Of a stretch of 64,000 nt of DNA, positions 43,145-59,413 are shown piece after piece (position 1 is the first letter of the stretch; each line of letters begins with the position of its first letter). The stretch is taken from assembly GCA_964016885.1 (NCBI GenBank), contig OZ024750.1:11408001-11472000 (forward strand), read 5' to 3'. The position numbers and the translations under genes are program-made. This stretch comes from Eledone cirrhosa (Eukaryota). The notes under the pieces are model-generated. The model was not told where the DNA came from and did not search any database. It saw only the letters and a list, made by a program, of their open reading frames with translations.

Positions 43145-43997
43145 TGTATATATATACATACATACACATATACATACACACATATATACATACACATATA
43201 TATACATACATACATATACATACATACACACACATACATACATATACATACATATATATATACATACACATATACATACACACACATATACATACATATA
43301 TACATATACATACATATATACATATACATACATATACACATACATACATATATACATACATACATATACATATACATACATATATATATACATACATATA
43401 CACATACATACATATACACATACATACATATACACATACATACATATACACATACATACACATATACATACATACATATATATATACATACATATACATA
43501 TACATACATATACATATACATACATATACACATACATACACACACATATACATACATATATATACATACATACATACACATACATACATACATACATACA
43601 CATACATACATACACACATATACATACATATATACATACATATATACATACATACATACATATATACATATACATACATATATACACATACATACATACA
43701 CATACATACATACATATACACATACATACATACATACATATATACATACATACATACATATACATACATACATATACATATACATACATATACACATATA
43801 CATACATATATACACATACATACACACATATACATACATATATACATATACATACATACACACATATACATACATATACACATATACATACATACATACA
43901 TATACACACACATATACATATACATACATATATACATACACACATATATATACATACACACATATACATATATATATACATACATATATATATACAT

Positions 43998-44605
43998 GGT
44001 GGCTGCCAACTCGTTTTCGAGTACGGCCACTACTTTATATCCATGTAGGAGAACCCCTACTGATGCGCTAAACGAGTGTGACTTTTCAGTCCAGCCAGCG
44101 ACTTGAAAACTCGGGTACAAACACTACACTTGTGACAATTATTGACACATAGTGCTGGGCCCATGGTACCATGTCACGACAAGTGCAGAGAGATCTCCAG
44201 ATATAAAGCAATGCCTGTGCCGTGAAGCTTTTATAGTGAGCAAAGGCACTGCACAAAGCCTGTCCCACTCTGTTAACCAAGATGATATTTACCAAAAAGA
44301 AGAACAAGTCAACATCATTGGATACCATCAGGGTTGCAGGTGTTATATCAGAGTTTTCCTTCTCCTAGAATTCTGCCTTGACAAAGGCTAAGGGGTCATC
44401 TCTCCCGGTGATTTTGGATGGCCATTGACTCTTAAGAGCTCCTTTGCCCTTTGACAGGTTTTGTTTTTAGTCCTGCAGGATGTCCAAAGTCACCCTCCTC
44501 ACCAAGCAACCTTGGTGGGGTTGCCAGTTTAGTCGCCAACGACCCGACCATGAGACAGGTTGTACTGGGATACATGTTACCAGTAGCACCAACTGGTGAC
44601 CTGAC
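43998..44605 (-). mobile_element. Internally deleted RTE-derived retroposon, copy 2
   Basis: Collinear with 42531-43138 with scattered substitutions; finger [23 protein letters not shown] (44057-44128). Confidence 0.75.
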
Positions 44606-44746
44606 ATACATACATACATACATACATACATACATACATAGATATATATGCATACATACAGATATATATGCATACATACAGATATATATACATACATATA
44701 TATATATACATACATATATATATACACATACATATATATATACACA

Positions 44747-44842
<96 letters not shown>

Positions 44843-44847
44843 TATAC

Positions 44848-44878
<31 letters not shown>

Positions 44879-44889
44879 CATATATATAC

Positions 44890-44930
<41 letters not shown>

Positions 44931-45075
44931 TATACATGTATATATATATACATATAAATATACATATAGATATATATACATATATATATATATACATATA
45001 AATATACATATATATATATATAGATAGATATATATACATATATATATACATATATATATATATAGATATATATAC

Positions 45076-45112
<37 letters not shown>

Positions 45113-45604
45113 GATATATATATATATATATATAGATATAGATATATAGATATATATATATATATATAGATATAGATATATATACATATATATATACATA
45201 TATAGATATATATATATATATAGATATATATATAGATATATATAGATTATAGATATATATACATATATATATACATATATATATATATAGAGAGAGAGAG
45301 AGATATACATATATATATATACATATAAATATACATATATATATATAGATATATAAACATATATATATATACATATAAATATACATATATATATATAGAT
45401 ATATAAACATATATATATATATATACATATAAATATACATATATATATATATATATCGATTTATATACATATAAATATACATATATATATATATACATAT
45501 ATATACATATATATATATATATATACATATATATACATATATATATATATATATACATATATATACATATATATATGCATATATATACATATACATACAT
45601 ATAC

Positions 45605-45653
<49 letters not shown>

Positions 45654-45720
45654 CATATATATATACATATATATATACATATATATATATATACATATAT
45701 ATACATACATATAAATATAC

Positions 45721-45751
<31 letters not shown>

Positions 45752-45840
45752 CATATATATATATACATATATATATATATACATATACATATATACATAT
45801 ATATATATACATATATATATACATATATATATATATACAT

Positions 45841-45871
<31 letters not shown>

Positions 45872-45879
45872 TACATACA

Positions 45880-45917
<38 letters not shown>

Positions 45918-46086
45918 GTACATATAAACAAAAAAAACACTCGTTTTAAGAAGCGTTGTGTAAATTTTAAATTTGATAGTATGTCAACTTATTGAATACA
46001 GTCACTGATACACACACACAAAAACATATATATATATATATATGTGTGTGTGTGGTGTGTGTGTGTGCGTTTGTATATATATATAC

Positions 46087-46138
<52 letters not shown>

Positions 46139-46459
46139 GTATATATATATATGTATATATATGTATGTGTATGTACATATATATAACAGTCAATATATCG
46201 GATTGTAAAATGTGAGTATACTTTGATTCTTGATGTCACTGTAGATAAATAGAATTGGAATTTTGAATAGTCATCTAATTTACTAACGATTCTTTTATTG
46301 ATAATCAATTGTACACTTTTCATGCCGTACTTAAAGTTGGCCTTAACGAAAGCCTATTGTTCAAAACAGCCAAGTTGTGTTTATTCTCCAGCAAAAATGT
46401 TTTGGCTGGAGGTAATCCAAATTGGTATTGCTTAACCATATAATCTATATATATATATA

Positions 46460-46494
<35 letters not shown>

Positions 46495-46534
46495 GTATGT
46501 ATATATATGTATATTTATATATGTGTGTGTATGA

Positions 46535-46577
<43 letters not shown>

Positions 46578-46599
46578 TGTATATATATATGTGTATGTG

Positions 46600-46638
<39 letters not shown>

Positions 46639-46701
46639 TTATATATATATATGTGTGTGTGTATATGTATACATATATACTTATATATATATGTGTGTGT
46701 G

Positions 46702-46773
<72 letters not shown>

Positions 46774-47119
46774 AGAGAGAGAGGGTGAGAGAGCGCGAGA
46801 TGTACATTTGAAGATTTTAATAGTTTTCCCACGATCCGTTGTGTCCATTGCAGAGTGTGTGAACATGTAACCAATACACTATTACTACAATCATTCCTGT
46901 TCTGTAGACAAGGCTGTGATGTTCTTGGACCATAGAAAAAAAACAAATTTTTACAAATTTCATACTTGACGATCCAATACATATATACGTATATGCACAC
47001 ATGTTAGTAGTGTTAATACGAACTATTGGGAGATATGTAATATAAAGACAGATAACTTCATTTGTCATCGTTTGACCTTCGTATTTTTCTACCGCATTGT
47101 ACCGACCTTTTGAAAATTA

Positions 47120-47205
<86 letters not shown>

Positions 47206-47406
47206 GTTTTCCTTGCAGAACTTCACCTCTTTTTGTGCCTATAATTGTTCTTTCATAGCGTGAGATCTTAAATGGCTTTTGAGACCTAAAATGCGTTTGA
47301 AGACCTGACTACAAATACTGTAGCAATGTCTTATTTCATCAGTGGTTCCATTTTCTGCTAGTTTATCATCAAAGTGTTGCTTCAACTCTCCACCCAAGAA
47401 ATAGAT

Positions 47407-47440
<34 letters not shown>

Positions 47441-48077
47441 TAATGTTTGGTTGTAGATTTATTGTTATATAAGTGACAAGAAATATTTACTGCGGTGAGG
47501 ACATAATACATTGTTGCCAAGTCATGTATTTTATATCTTGTACACGGGATTTCGCTAATTGCATGTAGACTTTAGTTTATGCTTGACAATTTATAGCGAA
47601 ATATTTAATCTACAACGAAAGCGAGGTTGTCAGGTTTTTTGTTGGAAAGTGAAAAGGTTGAATGTGTAAATAAAGTGAGATCTACTTATTGTTTAGATTG
47701 GGTTAACATTGACCGATGAACATGGAATTATATGTGAATAACAAAAACAAAAACATTAATAGAAAGGTGGTGCCCAGCATGGCCTCAGCCTGTCGATTGG
47801 AACACATGATAGAGTAAAAGAAAATGAAATAAAAGGAAACTTTGGTAGTGAAGTAACAAAGTGTTTTGTATGTTTAGAAATTGTGATAAAGTAATTGATG
47901 GTATCGGGATAAAGAAAAGAGAGTAGGCGAACGGTTATGTGTAGTTTAATGGTGGATTAGGGGAAGGGGTGATCTAAGAAAGATGCACTAACGGTTGTAG
48001 GCTCACCTTTAAATAATGTCAAATGAGTTGTCTATTATAGTAAGAGTCTTTTTAGTAAAGCAATGTTATGATTTTTT

Positions 48078-48204
48078 GCCGAGTCATGGCTCCATGCCGA
48101 ATTATGACTCTTTGCTGCGTTGTGACTCTTTGCAGAGTCGTGACTCTCTACAAAAAGAGTCGTGACTCGCAGCCGAGTCGTGACTCTTTGCTGAGTTATG
48201 ACTT
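48078..48204. repeat. Tandem array of an about 19-bp unit containing the quasi-palindrome gagtcgtgactc
   Basis: About 7 degenerate copies, read directly. Confidence 0.8.
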
Positions 48205-48585
48205 AGCTTCTGATTTCATTTTTTAAACTTTTGTTTTGTCTTTCATGCTAGCTTGCTCATAGCTGACATTATTCGATAAAATAAAGTACCAGTAATACAG
48301 TGGGGTAATTACTGGCCTTGTGCCAAAAGTAGAAACAATTATTAAACGAATTAAAATTAAATTATATATTTGTATTCAGTAGTAGCTCTTGAAAGATACC
48401 TGATATTGAACCTCAATATCTAGCTTGGTATAATGAATATATTTGTAGCAGAGATATTAGCTGAAGTCACACAATACTTTACATCAATTACTCTACCAAA
48501 TTTTAAAAAAACTTACATCTCTCCTAATTGGAAACAGGAAAATGTTGATATTTTTTTCTTCCTGTCTACATTTCTGTATAGGTTT

Positions 48586-48691
<106 letters not shown>

Positions 48692-48742
48692 ATAATGCAT
48701 GTGTGTGATTGCGTGTGCGTGTGTGTACAGATATACACACAC

Positions 48743-48792
<50 letters not shown>

Positions 48793-48818
48793 AATATATA
48801 TATATATATATATATATT

Positions 48819-48940
48819 GGTGAAGACACGTGGCTGAGTGGTTAGAGAATTGGATTCACAATCGTGAGGTTGTGAGTTTGATTCCCGCACCGGGTGAGGC
48901 ATTATGTCCTTGGGCAAGACACTTTATTTCACATTGCTCC
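48819..48940 (+). mobile_element. SINE family B (5' part)
   Basis: tggctgagtggttagagaattggattcacaatcgtgaggttgtgagtttgattccc...tgtccttgggcaagacactt. Confidence 0.75.
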
Positions 48941-49591
48941 TTCTACCTGCAGTTGCAACCGATAGAGAGTATTAACAATTAGAAAGACCAATGGAAGCAT
49001 TGTTTTCTAGGTCCTATTTGACGAAATTCGATCGACTGTCGATATATATATATATAACAACAGAGAGAGACAAAAAGAAAAGATATATATGTACACACAC
49101 ACGTGTGTATATATATATACACACGTGTGTGTGTGTGTGTATACCTGTATTTGACTATAGGTGAAGGTTTTGATATATATATATATATATAAACCTTCAC
49201 CTATAACAATGGTCAAAGAATAATTGTTCCACATGACAGCACACGGCTTGATAGAGTGAAAATCTTTACCCCCATTCCCTCTCCTCTCTACTATCACACT
49301 AACTTATTGTATTTCATACTATTTTTAACTTCTTTACATTTTGTTAAACGAAAATTTCATTACTGAATTTTACCTCGTAGTGAACAGTTGAATTCTACTA
49401 CTATAGGCTTTCTGATGAAGTGTAATAAATAATTAAGTATTTCATATGATTGAACAATATATATTGTAGTCAGCATATGTAGACAATTTATAATAGACAC
49501 AGAAACATATGTCAAAGCAAGTAAATTCATAATCTCTTCACGGCGACGTTTTATTTTTCTTGGTGCAATACTTGTTTGTATATATTACATA

Positions 49592-49696
<105 letters not shown>

Positions 49697-49948
49697 ACCA
49701 AAGATTAGTATGGTTCGTTGATTACTCAATGAATACAATTTTAGAAGCACTCAACAAAAATGTTTTCCTGGAGTTTTTAATATTCAAAATATTAACAAAT
49801 GAAAAATATTCTCATAATCAAAATATATACTTTATTATATATATTTCAAAGGTACTGTGTTGTTTTTTCAGTACGTCAGACAAAATATATGATTTGATAT
49901 ATGACACCGCTACGGTCTTGATTATTCAATTCCAGTATTGGCAGTGTC

Positions 49949-49997
<49 letters not shown>

Positions 49998-50509
49998 GTC
50001 AGTTGAAGAGAGAAAACAAAAACCTAATGGCTTTCTTGGTGATTCTCAAATCCAAAAGGGGAGATAACTTCAATAAATTAATTTTATAGAAAAATATAAT
50101 GAAAAATTCCTTTTTTTTTATTATTATTCTTTGTTAGTTCTCGGCAATTCATTTGAGGCTTTAGAATATTTAATTAGTTTCAGTTTTACAGGGTAACGTT
50201 TTCTGTCATCTTTTCAAAAGATAGTTCCAACATTCATAATTAATTGCTTCAGAATTATTTTTTTTATGAAGAAAACAAAAAAAGAAAGATTCTGTCAAGC
50301 TCTATCGACGTGTTCCAATTTTATTAAGTTCAAGAAGTTATTGAAATGTATGGAAATAGTTCCAAGCGATCAGACTACGAAAAAATGTTATTCTATTCAA
50401 TAACGTTTTTCAAACTAAAATTATTTTTCTATTTTATTTAAAACCAATGTAAAAGATAACTAAAGTTAAAGAAATAAAGAAAAACGTTATTTCTTGACTG
50501 TCTGTACGT

Positions 50510-51098
<589 letters not shown>

Positions 51099-51114
51099 AT
51101 ATATATATATATAA

Positions 51115-51250
51115 GAAATATTAGGCACCCCGACGACTGAGCTCTTGTCGTTTCAACAGTTTGTTCGAGGCTCAGTCAGGAACATGTTGTTGAAAGGGCA
51201 AGAACTCAGCCGTCGAGTTCCAACTCCTATTATTGTCACACTCTACTATA
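51115..51250. mobile_element. Divergent family H1 copy
   Basis: The minus arm reads GAAACGAC-aagagctca-GTCGTC-GGGG, a compensatory change relative to the other H1 copies. Confidence 0.7.
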
Positions 51251-51458
51251 ATAATAGTTTTCGATAGTTTCTCCAAATGTCAAACAATCTATTTTTTGTG
51301 CTGGTCTTATTCATCTGTTAAAATGTGATCATGCATTAAATTAGATATTTTTAAGATGTTTAGTTGTTTACTGACAAAGCGTTGATATTTAGAAATTAGA
51401 AATGGAAATAAAAAACGTATTTTCTTGGTAATTATTATTCAAGTAATGCTCACCCACA

Positions 51459-51627
51459 CACCACAATACAAATAAATAAATATATATCATCCATTCACCA
51501 GACACCACGATACAAATAAATAAATATATATTATCCATTCACCAGACACCACGATACAAATAAATAAATATATATTATCCATTCACCAGACACCACAATA
51601 CAAATAAATAAATATATATCATCCATT
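51459..51627. repeat. 44-bp tandem repeat, about 4 copies
   Basis: caccac[a/g]atacaaataaataaatatatat[c/t]atccattcaccaga starts at 51459, 51503, 51547 and 51591. Confidence 0.9.
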
Positions 51628-52263
51628 ATCAAGGAGAGTCGATATAATCGAATATACTCTGCCCCAAATTTGAGGTCTTTTGCCAGCGTTTCTCAGTATA
51701 ATTCCTGTTAGTTTTAACTTCCCCTTTCATCTTTCTGACATAAGAAAAATAAATACGAGTCTAATTTAATCGATAATCGATCTAATTTACTATAGCTTCT
51801 TCCTTCAAACTTCCCCCAAAATACTGCATAGTTTTATACATATAACATTAAAAAATACACATATAATGATTCAAGTGATGTACAGATGAACCCAAAGACA
51901 TTACTAGTGGCCTAGGCAACCATTATATAAGCTTATATCTTAATTGCAAAGCTTAACAACTTAAAACAAGATATATATATCCATTCTATCTTTCTATTCA
52001 GACATATGTGCGGCAGCCATGTTTGAGTATATAAACATATAGCACGAAATCTTGCAATGAAAATAAATTTACATAAATATTAGAAATAGATCAAGTTTAA
52101 TTAGAACATTCGGTAGCTTAGCCTAATTAGTAATGGGATTTCTTTCATTCAGTTGATTAGATTTCATTACCCCAACGAAAGAAATATATAAACGAAACTA
52201 CAAAACTAACGAATAAAATTTATTGTTTTCTCTCCAGCGAATATATTTCTCTACAGCCCAGAA

Positions 52264-52318
<55 letters not shown>

Positions 52319-52361
52319 ATATACCTAAGTATGTATTTATATATACATGTCTATATTTGTG

Positions 52362-52397
<36 letters not shown>

Positions 52398-52491
52398 TGC
52401 ATATTTCTATATGTATATATAGATATAGAAATATGCATATATATATACATATATAAATATGCATATATATATATATACATATATAAATATG

Positions 52492-52544
<53 letters not shown>

Positions 52545-52574
52545 TGCATATATATATATATACATATATAAATA

Positions 52575-52630
<56 letters not shown>

Positions 52631-52688
52631 TATATATATATATATAGAAATATGCATATATATATATATATATATATAGAAATATGCA

Positions 52689-52720
<32 letters not shown>

Positions 52721-52724
52721 TGCA

Positions 52725-52756
<32 letters not shown>

Positions 52757-52792
52757 TGCATATATATATATAGATATATATATATAGAAATA

Positions 52793-52836
<44 letters not shown>

Positions 52837-52917
52837 TGCATATATATATATATATAGATATATATATATAGAAATATGCATATATATATATATATAGATA
52901 TATATATAGAAATATGC

Positions 52918-53081
<164 letters not shown>

Positions 53082-53152
53082 TATTTCTATACGTATATAT
53101 ACATATTTCTATACATTCGTACATACATACAAACACATATATAGGGAGAGAA

Positions 53153-53326
<174 letters not shown>

Positions 53327-53328
53327 GC

Positions 53329-53367
<39 letters not shown>

Positions 53368-54174
53368 TAGATAGACAGATAGATAGACAGACAGACATGT
53401 TAATCTTAGGATATAATTAAATAAATGTTCAGTATACATGACAGTATATATGACATAAAGAAACAACTATTTACAGGGACAAATGCAAAGTTAGAACCCA
53501 GGATCTTATGATTGGAAAGCGAACTTTTTATGGAAGGAACATGACTGATATAAGAAACGCTTTGTATTTAGGTTCGCATGTTTTTGTGTGTAAATGTTAA
53601 ATATCAACAGACAGATTTGTACAAACATTCAACTACATGTATTATGTTTTTGTATGTAATGCATTGTGATAGAACCTTCTTACAGGTGAATATATATATA
53701 TAGCGTGTAGGAAAGTGATGTGGTCGTATGATCAATGTAACATCTGTTATCATGGTGGAAGGGCTTTTATAACATCTAAGTTTGTACTGAAAGCGTCATG
53801 TTACATTAAACATTTGTCTAGACATGCAAGATTTGTATAGACATGCAAGCAAGAATCACACTCTTTACACACACAATGCTGTGTCACACAGAAAGTTATA
53901 GTTGACCATGATTTCAATACTAGCATCTCGATAACCACCGTCCGAGAATACGCATGGAAAGAACCTTAAAACTTTTCCATTAACGCAATTTTATCAATCA
54001 TGTTCGTTTTTAAATGGCATGTGTTTCGAACAGTTTGAAATGTCGTCCAATATTATACCAATATCATTGAGTAGATTCGGGTTTTGTACCTGGATACATT
54101 TTATATATATATAATACACACACACGCATACGTAGATATATACATCACTGCATCTTAATATATATATATATATA

Positions 54175-54252
<78 letters not shown>

Positions 54253-55105
54253 TCCATTTTAACAATTCGAAATTAGATATTTCGGCACAAATGTCACGCA
54301 TTTGACATTAGAAGTTTCTTAAAATACTACGAGGACTCCGGCGTAATATCTTCAGACTAAAATCCAAAAAATACGCTGTAAAGCAATTTATTTATACAGC
54401 TAAAATAGAATACTAAAAGTCACCAAAATAAAATATAATATATATTACTGTAATCTCTCAATTTACACCAACGTTAACCTACTTTGCATCTTGCTGCAAC
54501 ATAAATATATTTCTCTGTGACTTTATATTTATGTAATTACATTTCTTTACAAAGTGATTCGATCTGACAGCAATTACACCGTGGAAAAGTCAGTTTACTC
54601 ATTTAAAATAGCACAGTCACATTTACTTTATTTCATGAGAAAATAGACTTTCTGTTGCATTTCTAGCATCTGGTCAGAGGCACGAGAGTTGTCGTGGAAT
54701 CGTGTCACTTACTAGGTTACATACGCGCGACGAAAACTTTTAACAACTCACAAAATATTGGTTTTTGATTTAGGCACAATGCCAGCAATTTTATGGGAGG
54801 GGAAAATTGATTAAATTGTCACTGGTACTTTATTTTATCGATCCCTTAAGGAGGAAATGCAAAGCTAACCTCGATGGGATTTGAACTTAAGATATAAACA
54901 ACAGCAATAACGAGCGGGGGAAGATACAATGCTCTCTTGAAGAAATAAATGGTACATGGGACACGTTAGTCCTTGATATGTTCCTTAAAAGATGGGGGGG
55001 TCACCCTGGCTGGAATGATTCTGATCACAGACATGCTCAATCAAGCCTGATCCGGAGTTAAACAATAACAATAACAGCAACAAAACAGTATATGAAATAA
55101 TAATA

Positions 55106-55450
55106 CAGCAGTCCACCGGTATTCGCGGGATTTACGTTCCTAGAGCACCAGCGAAGAGTGAAAAAAACGCGAATATTGGGCGCGGTTCATAAAAATGCCT
55201 ATAAACCTCAAAATATAACTTAAAATATCATTTTAAAAAAAGGGAGCGTCTTATGCGAAGGGGCGTCCAAAAGGTCGGCAAATATTTAGCGTTAAAAAAT
55301 ATATAGGGTCGTCAAATATGAAATTTGTAGAAATTTTTACTACAAATTTCTACAAATTTCATACTTGACGATCTTCCACGAACAATTATTAGTTAGGTTC
55401 TAATGAAAATGCCGCGAATAACCGGGACCGCGAATGTCGGGGAAACACTA
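55106..55450. mobile_element. Tc1/mariner-pogo (Tigger-like) MITE containing a hairpin-family copy
   Basis: Starts TA|cagcagtccaccggtattcgcggg and ends ccgcgaatgtcggggaaacacta|TA: degenerate TIRs with TA flanks. Confidence 0.55.
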
Positions 55451-55943
55451 TACTTTAAGCTGTCACGAATAAAGGTGATCCTATATTTCAGTATTAAATG
55501 TGTTGTTAGTCTCAATGATTACTTTGTTAGTTGTAATAACAGCTTAAGTATTATACAATTACCAGACACGGATAACTTTAATTACAAATGTTAATCTTTG
55601 TCGAATAGAATGAAATTACTTCGTAGACTTTCCAATGTAAAGTACATCACACACACACAAACACATACACAAACACATACATACACACACACACAGACAA
55701 ACATACACGTATGGATGGCTTTAGACATTATTCTAGACTGTTTTCTTTTGACTTCATTGGATGAAGACGTTGACCTTTCTCCAGCTTCTATTGCGTGACC
55801 TTTACTGTCCATTTTCTCCTTTTTAGTTCGATGATTAAGATTATTAAAACGTGAGAGCAATTTCTAGTTCTAGATAGACTATAGCTATATATAAATAAAA
55901 TATGGTTTTGTAGTAGTTGCAATGTCTTTGGTTATACTTTTAT

Positions 55944-56122
55944 TGGATCAAGGCTGGTCTCGCTCGGAGATCCAGCCGGAACAGTTGGAGACTGTTACTT
56001 CTGACAGGACTTACTGGAAGGAGTGTTTGAGACCACAACCTTCTCAAGAAGAAGAAGAAAAAGAAAAAGAAAAAGAAAAAGAAAAAGAAAAAAAGAAAAA
56101 GAAGAAGAAGAAGAAGAAGAAG
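55944..56122 (+). mobile_element. LINE (RTE-like) extreme 3' end with (GAA)n tail
   Basis: Translates SEIQPEQLETVTSDRTYWKECL, resembling the RTE C-terminal xIxxxxWExxAxDRxxWR motif, directly followed by gaagaagaa. Confidence 0.55.
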
Positions 56123-56397
56123 ACTAACCAAAGACAAAACCATAGCAAGAATTGCCAACATAATGGCTCTAACTACTCTAATGTACTAACCACCTTAGTC
56201 AATGGTCAATCATAGTATATTAACTGTCTTAATGTACTATCGATCCTATAAATTCTGTATATTATAATTATCTAAGTTGTTGATTTGGTGTCTCCTTTAG
56301 AAAGGAAAATCATTCATCAAAAATGTCTTAGAAATTCACTATATTTTTGTAAGTTAGAAACTAAAGAGTTTATATAAAAGTAAAATAAAGTAAAATA

Positions 56398-56710
56398 TTT
56401 GCAAAATATATATTTATTTTGCAAAATATATATTTATTTTACAAAATATATATTTACAAAATATATATTTATTTTGCAAAATATATATTTACAAAATCAA
56501 AATAAAGCGGTTTACACTTTTCTATTATATGTCTGTTATATTTTCTGTTATATATATATATATTTGCAAAATATATATTTGCAAAATAGATAAATATTTG
56601 CAAAATATATATATTTTATATATTTGCAAAATATATAAATATTTGCAAAATATATAAATATTTGCAAAATATATATATATATTTGCAAAATATATGAATA
56701 TTTGCAAAAG
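56398..56710. repeat. Degenerate AT-rich tandem repeat (tttgcaaaatatata)
   Basis: Direct reading. Confidence 0.8.
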
Positions 56711-57365
56711 TAAAATAAAGATTTTACACTTTTCTGTTATATTACGATATATTCAGCTTGGAAAAGAACATCAAGAATAAGTGGAAAAGGGACTTAATTC
56801 TGCATGAATGTATGAGAATATAAGAAGACTGATATAAGCCGATTGTCAGTGTTAAATTATTTAAGCGTCGTGAAAAGTATGCCTCTTGCTGAGAATGGGA
56901 TATAATTAAAAAAAAATAAAAATGACATCTTTAATCCTCGAATTCTATTGTATGGTTTGTTGCAACATGTCTTCAGATATTTTACTCGAATATGCAAGTT
57001 TCCAAACGCTGCTGCAGATATAAAAGCCATCATATTTATTACATATGTGGAACACCATGTATACTCTTAAACACATATATACATTGTTGGTAGAACAGTT
57101 GGCCAGTGTGAATACACTGTTGGTGAGTAATGGACGATTTCCAGACAAGGATATTATCAGGAAATGCTCAGAGTTCGCCAGCTACATATGAAGTTCCCCT
57201 CATCAGTTTAGCAGCGGTTTTAGAAAGCAAGTGTTGTCGTTAGTGGTGTTACCATTCTTTAGGGTTTTATTACCAGACCGATTCTTAGTCATTTATTAGC
57301 ACCCATTGGAAATGCTTGAGATTCACCATTTTATCATCTTTGCTGCGTCTGTTGTTTATATCGAA

Positions 57366-57848
57366 CAGGGTCGTGCAACAGGCGACCCGCGGGCCACAAT
57401 CCGGCCCACCAGACCAGCCAAAGTGGCCCGCAATGACCGTTTTTAATTTTTACCCTGTAGAATTTCTTTCGTAACCGTAATACAATTTTCTGTTAGTTGA
57501 CCTATACTAAAGGGCTTCACTGATAGGGTTATGTGTGCTATAATTTCCCAGTTCCATGTTATGGAAAAAAGTTGTGGTGATCAGAAAGAAAGCTTTGATG
57601 AGATGATTTGCTATTATTGTCTTTTGAATCTGTAGGCTCTGAATAAGAATCTTTTGTTATCGGAATCAGTCTTTTCATGTATACAGCTAAAAGAGAACTC
57701 TTATAATCAGGTACACTTTCTCTCTTATCATCACATTTTACCTCAGATTCTAGCTCTTCAAATGAACTTTGTAATAAATATGAATGGCCCTAATAGTTGT
57801 TCCAATGTTCAAAAGTGGCCCGCTAATGGAATATGTTGCACACCCCTG
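57366..57848. mobile_element. hAT-type MITE with TIRs and 8-bp TSD
   Basis: TIRs cagggtcgtgcaaca / tgttgcacacccctg; subterminal ggcccg(c) repeats; flanks atatcgaa / atatagaa (7 of 8 identical). Confidence 0.85.
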
Positions 57849-58427
57849 ATATAGAACATTTCATTCTGTATAATAATCGTCGTAAGCACTGATTCTATTG
57901 AACTGTAAGAAATCTCTTCAGGTAGCTTCCATACGGAAGTTGGTTACTAACAAATCTCCCCTCTGTGATTTTTATTCAAAAATCGATCAAAGAGTGGGCA
58001 AGAAAAAGAGAGTAAGAGAGAGGGGAGAGAGGGTGGATCCAGTGTCGTTAAGATGTTCCATTTTGAAACCTATAGTCGTTGATATCTTAATTATTAAAGA
58101 CACTGGAACGTTTTTGGCACTTAAACAAAATTCTTCAAAGACGCCAAACTTTATCCAGAATCCTGGGTGCGCGTATTATGTGCCAGAGAAATTAATTGGT
58201 TAGACACATAACTAGGAAACACCCTCACCACCACCACCCCTTCACCGTCATGACCATCTCAGGGATAAATGAACGAAGAAAAAGAAAAAGATAAATAACT
58301 AAAACATACTTAGATATATATAACTAATATCTCTCTGGATAATAAATATCTGAAAAGAATGAATATATAAATATAAAAGTTGTAAGAGACAAACGTGAAT
58401 GATGCTAGAAGAAATTGAGACACTTTT

Positions 58428-58896
58428 TTGTCGTTGTTGTTGTTATTGTTACTGCTGTTGTTGTTGTTGCTGTTACTGTTGTTGTTGTTTTTGTTACTGC
58501 TGTTGTTGTCGTTGCTGTTGTTGTTGTTGTTACTGCTGTTGTTGTTGTTGTTGTTGTTGTTGTTACTGCTGTTGTTGGTGTTGCTGTTGTTACTGTTGTT
58601 GTTGTTGTTACTGTTGTTGTTGTTGTGGTTATTGTTACTGTTGTTGTTGGTGTTGCTGTTGTTACTGTTGTTGTTGTTGTTTTTGTTGTTGTTGTTATTG
58701 TTACTGCTGTTGTTGTTGTTGCTGTTGTTACTGTTGTTGTTGTTATTATTGTTGCTGTTGTTGTTGTTGTTTAACACTAAGTCAACCCCTGATCAAGCTA
58801 GATATGGGGACAAAGACATTGCAGTTGGGACCATTCCATCTTTTAGATGTATTTGATGATGATCATCATCTAAATTTCCCCAACTACTGTTACTAC

Positions 58897-58928
<32 letters not shown>

Positions 58929-59365
58929 GCGATGTTGATGATGATGATGATTGTGGTGTTGATGATGATGATGATGAGGATGATTGTGATGTTGATGATG
59001 GCGTTGATGTTGTTGATGATGATGTTGTTTATGATAATGATTGTGATGACGACGATGACGACGATGCTGATAATGATGTTGATAATGATGATAATGATGA
59101 TAATGATGATGATGATGATGATAATGATGACGACGACGACGCTGATAATGATGACGACGATGATGATGATGACGATGATGATGATAATGATGATGACGAC
59201 GACGACGCTGATAATGATGACGACGATGATGATGATGACGATGATGATGATAATGATGATGACGACGATAACGATCATGACGACAATAAGGACGTCGATG
59301 ACGATGACGATGACGATGACGATAATAATGATTGTTGTTGTCCTTGTTGTTGTTGTTGTTGTTAC
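58428..59365. repeat. (TTG)n then (GAT/GAC)n trinucleotide tracts immediately upstream of coding exon 2
   Basis: Direct reading. Confidence 0.95.
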
Positions 59366-59413
59366 TGTTTACTGTATCTGATGTTCTTATTCCCGTTGTT
59401 GTTCTTCTTGCAG

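Noticed and set aside
42590-44128. C2H2 zinc-finger host gene
   Set aside because: Single fingers at the 3' end of duplicated retroposon copies, with no linker array or upstream ORF.
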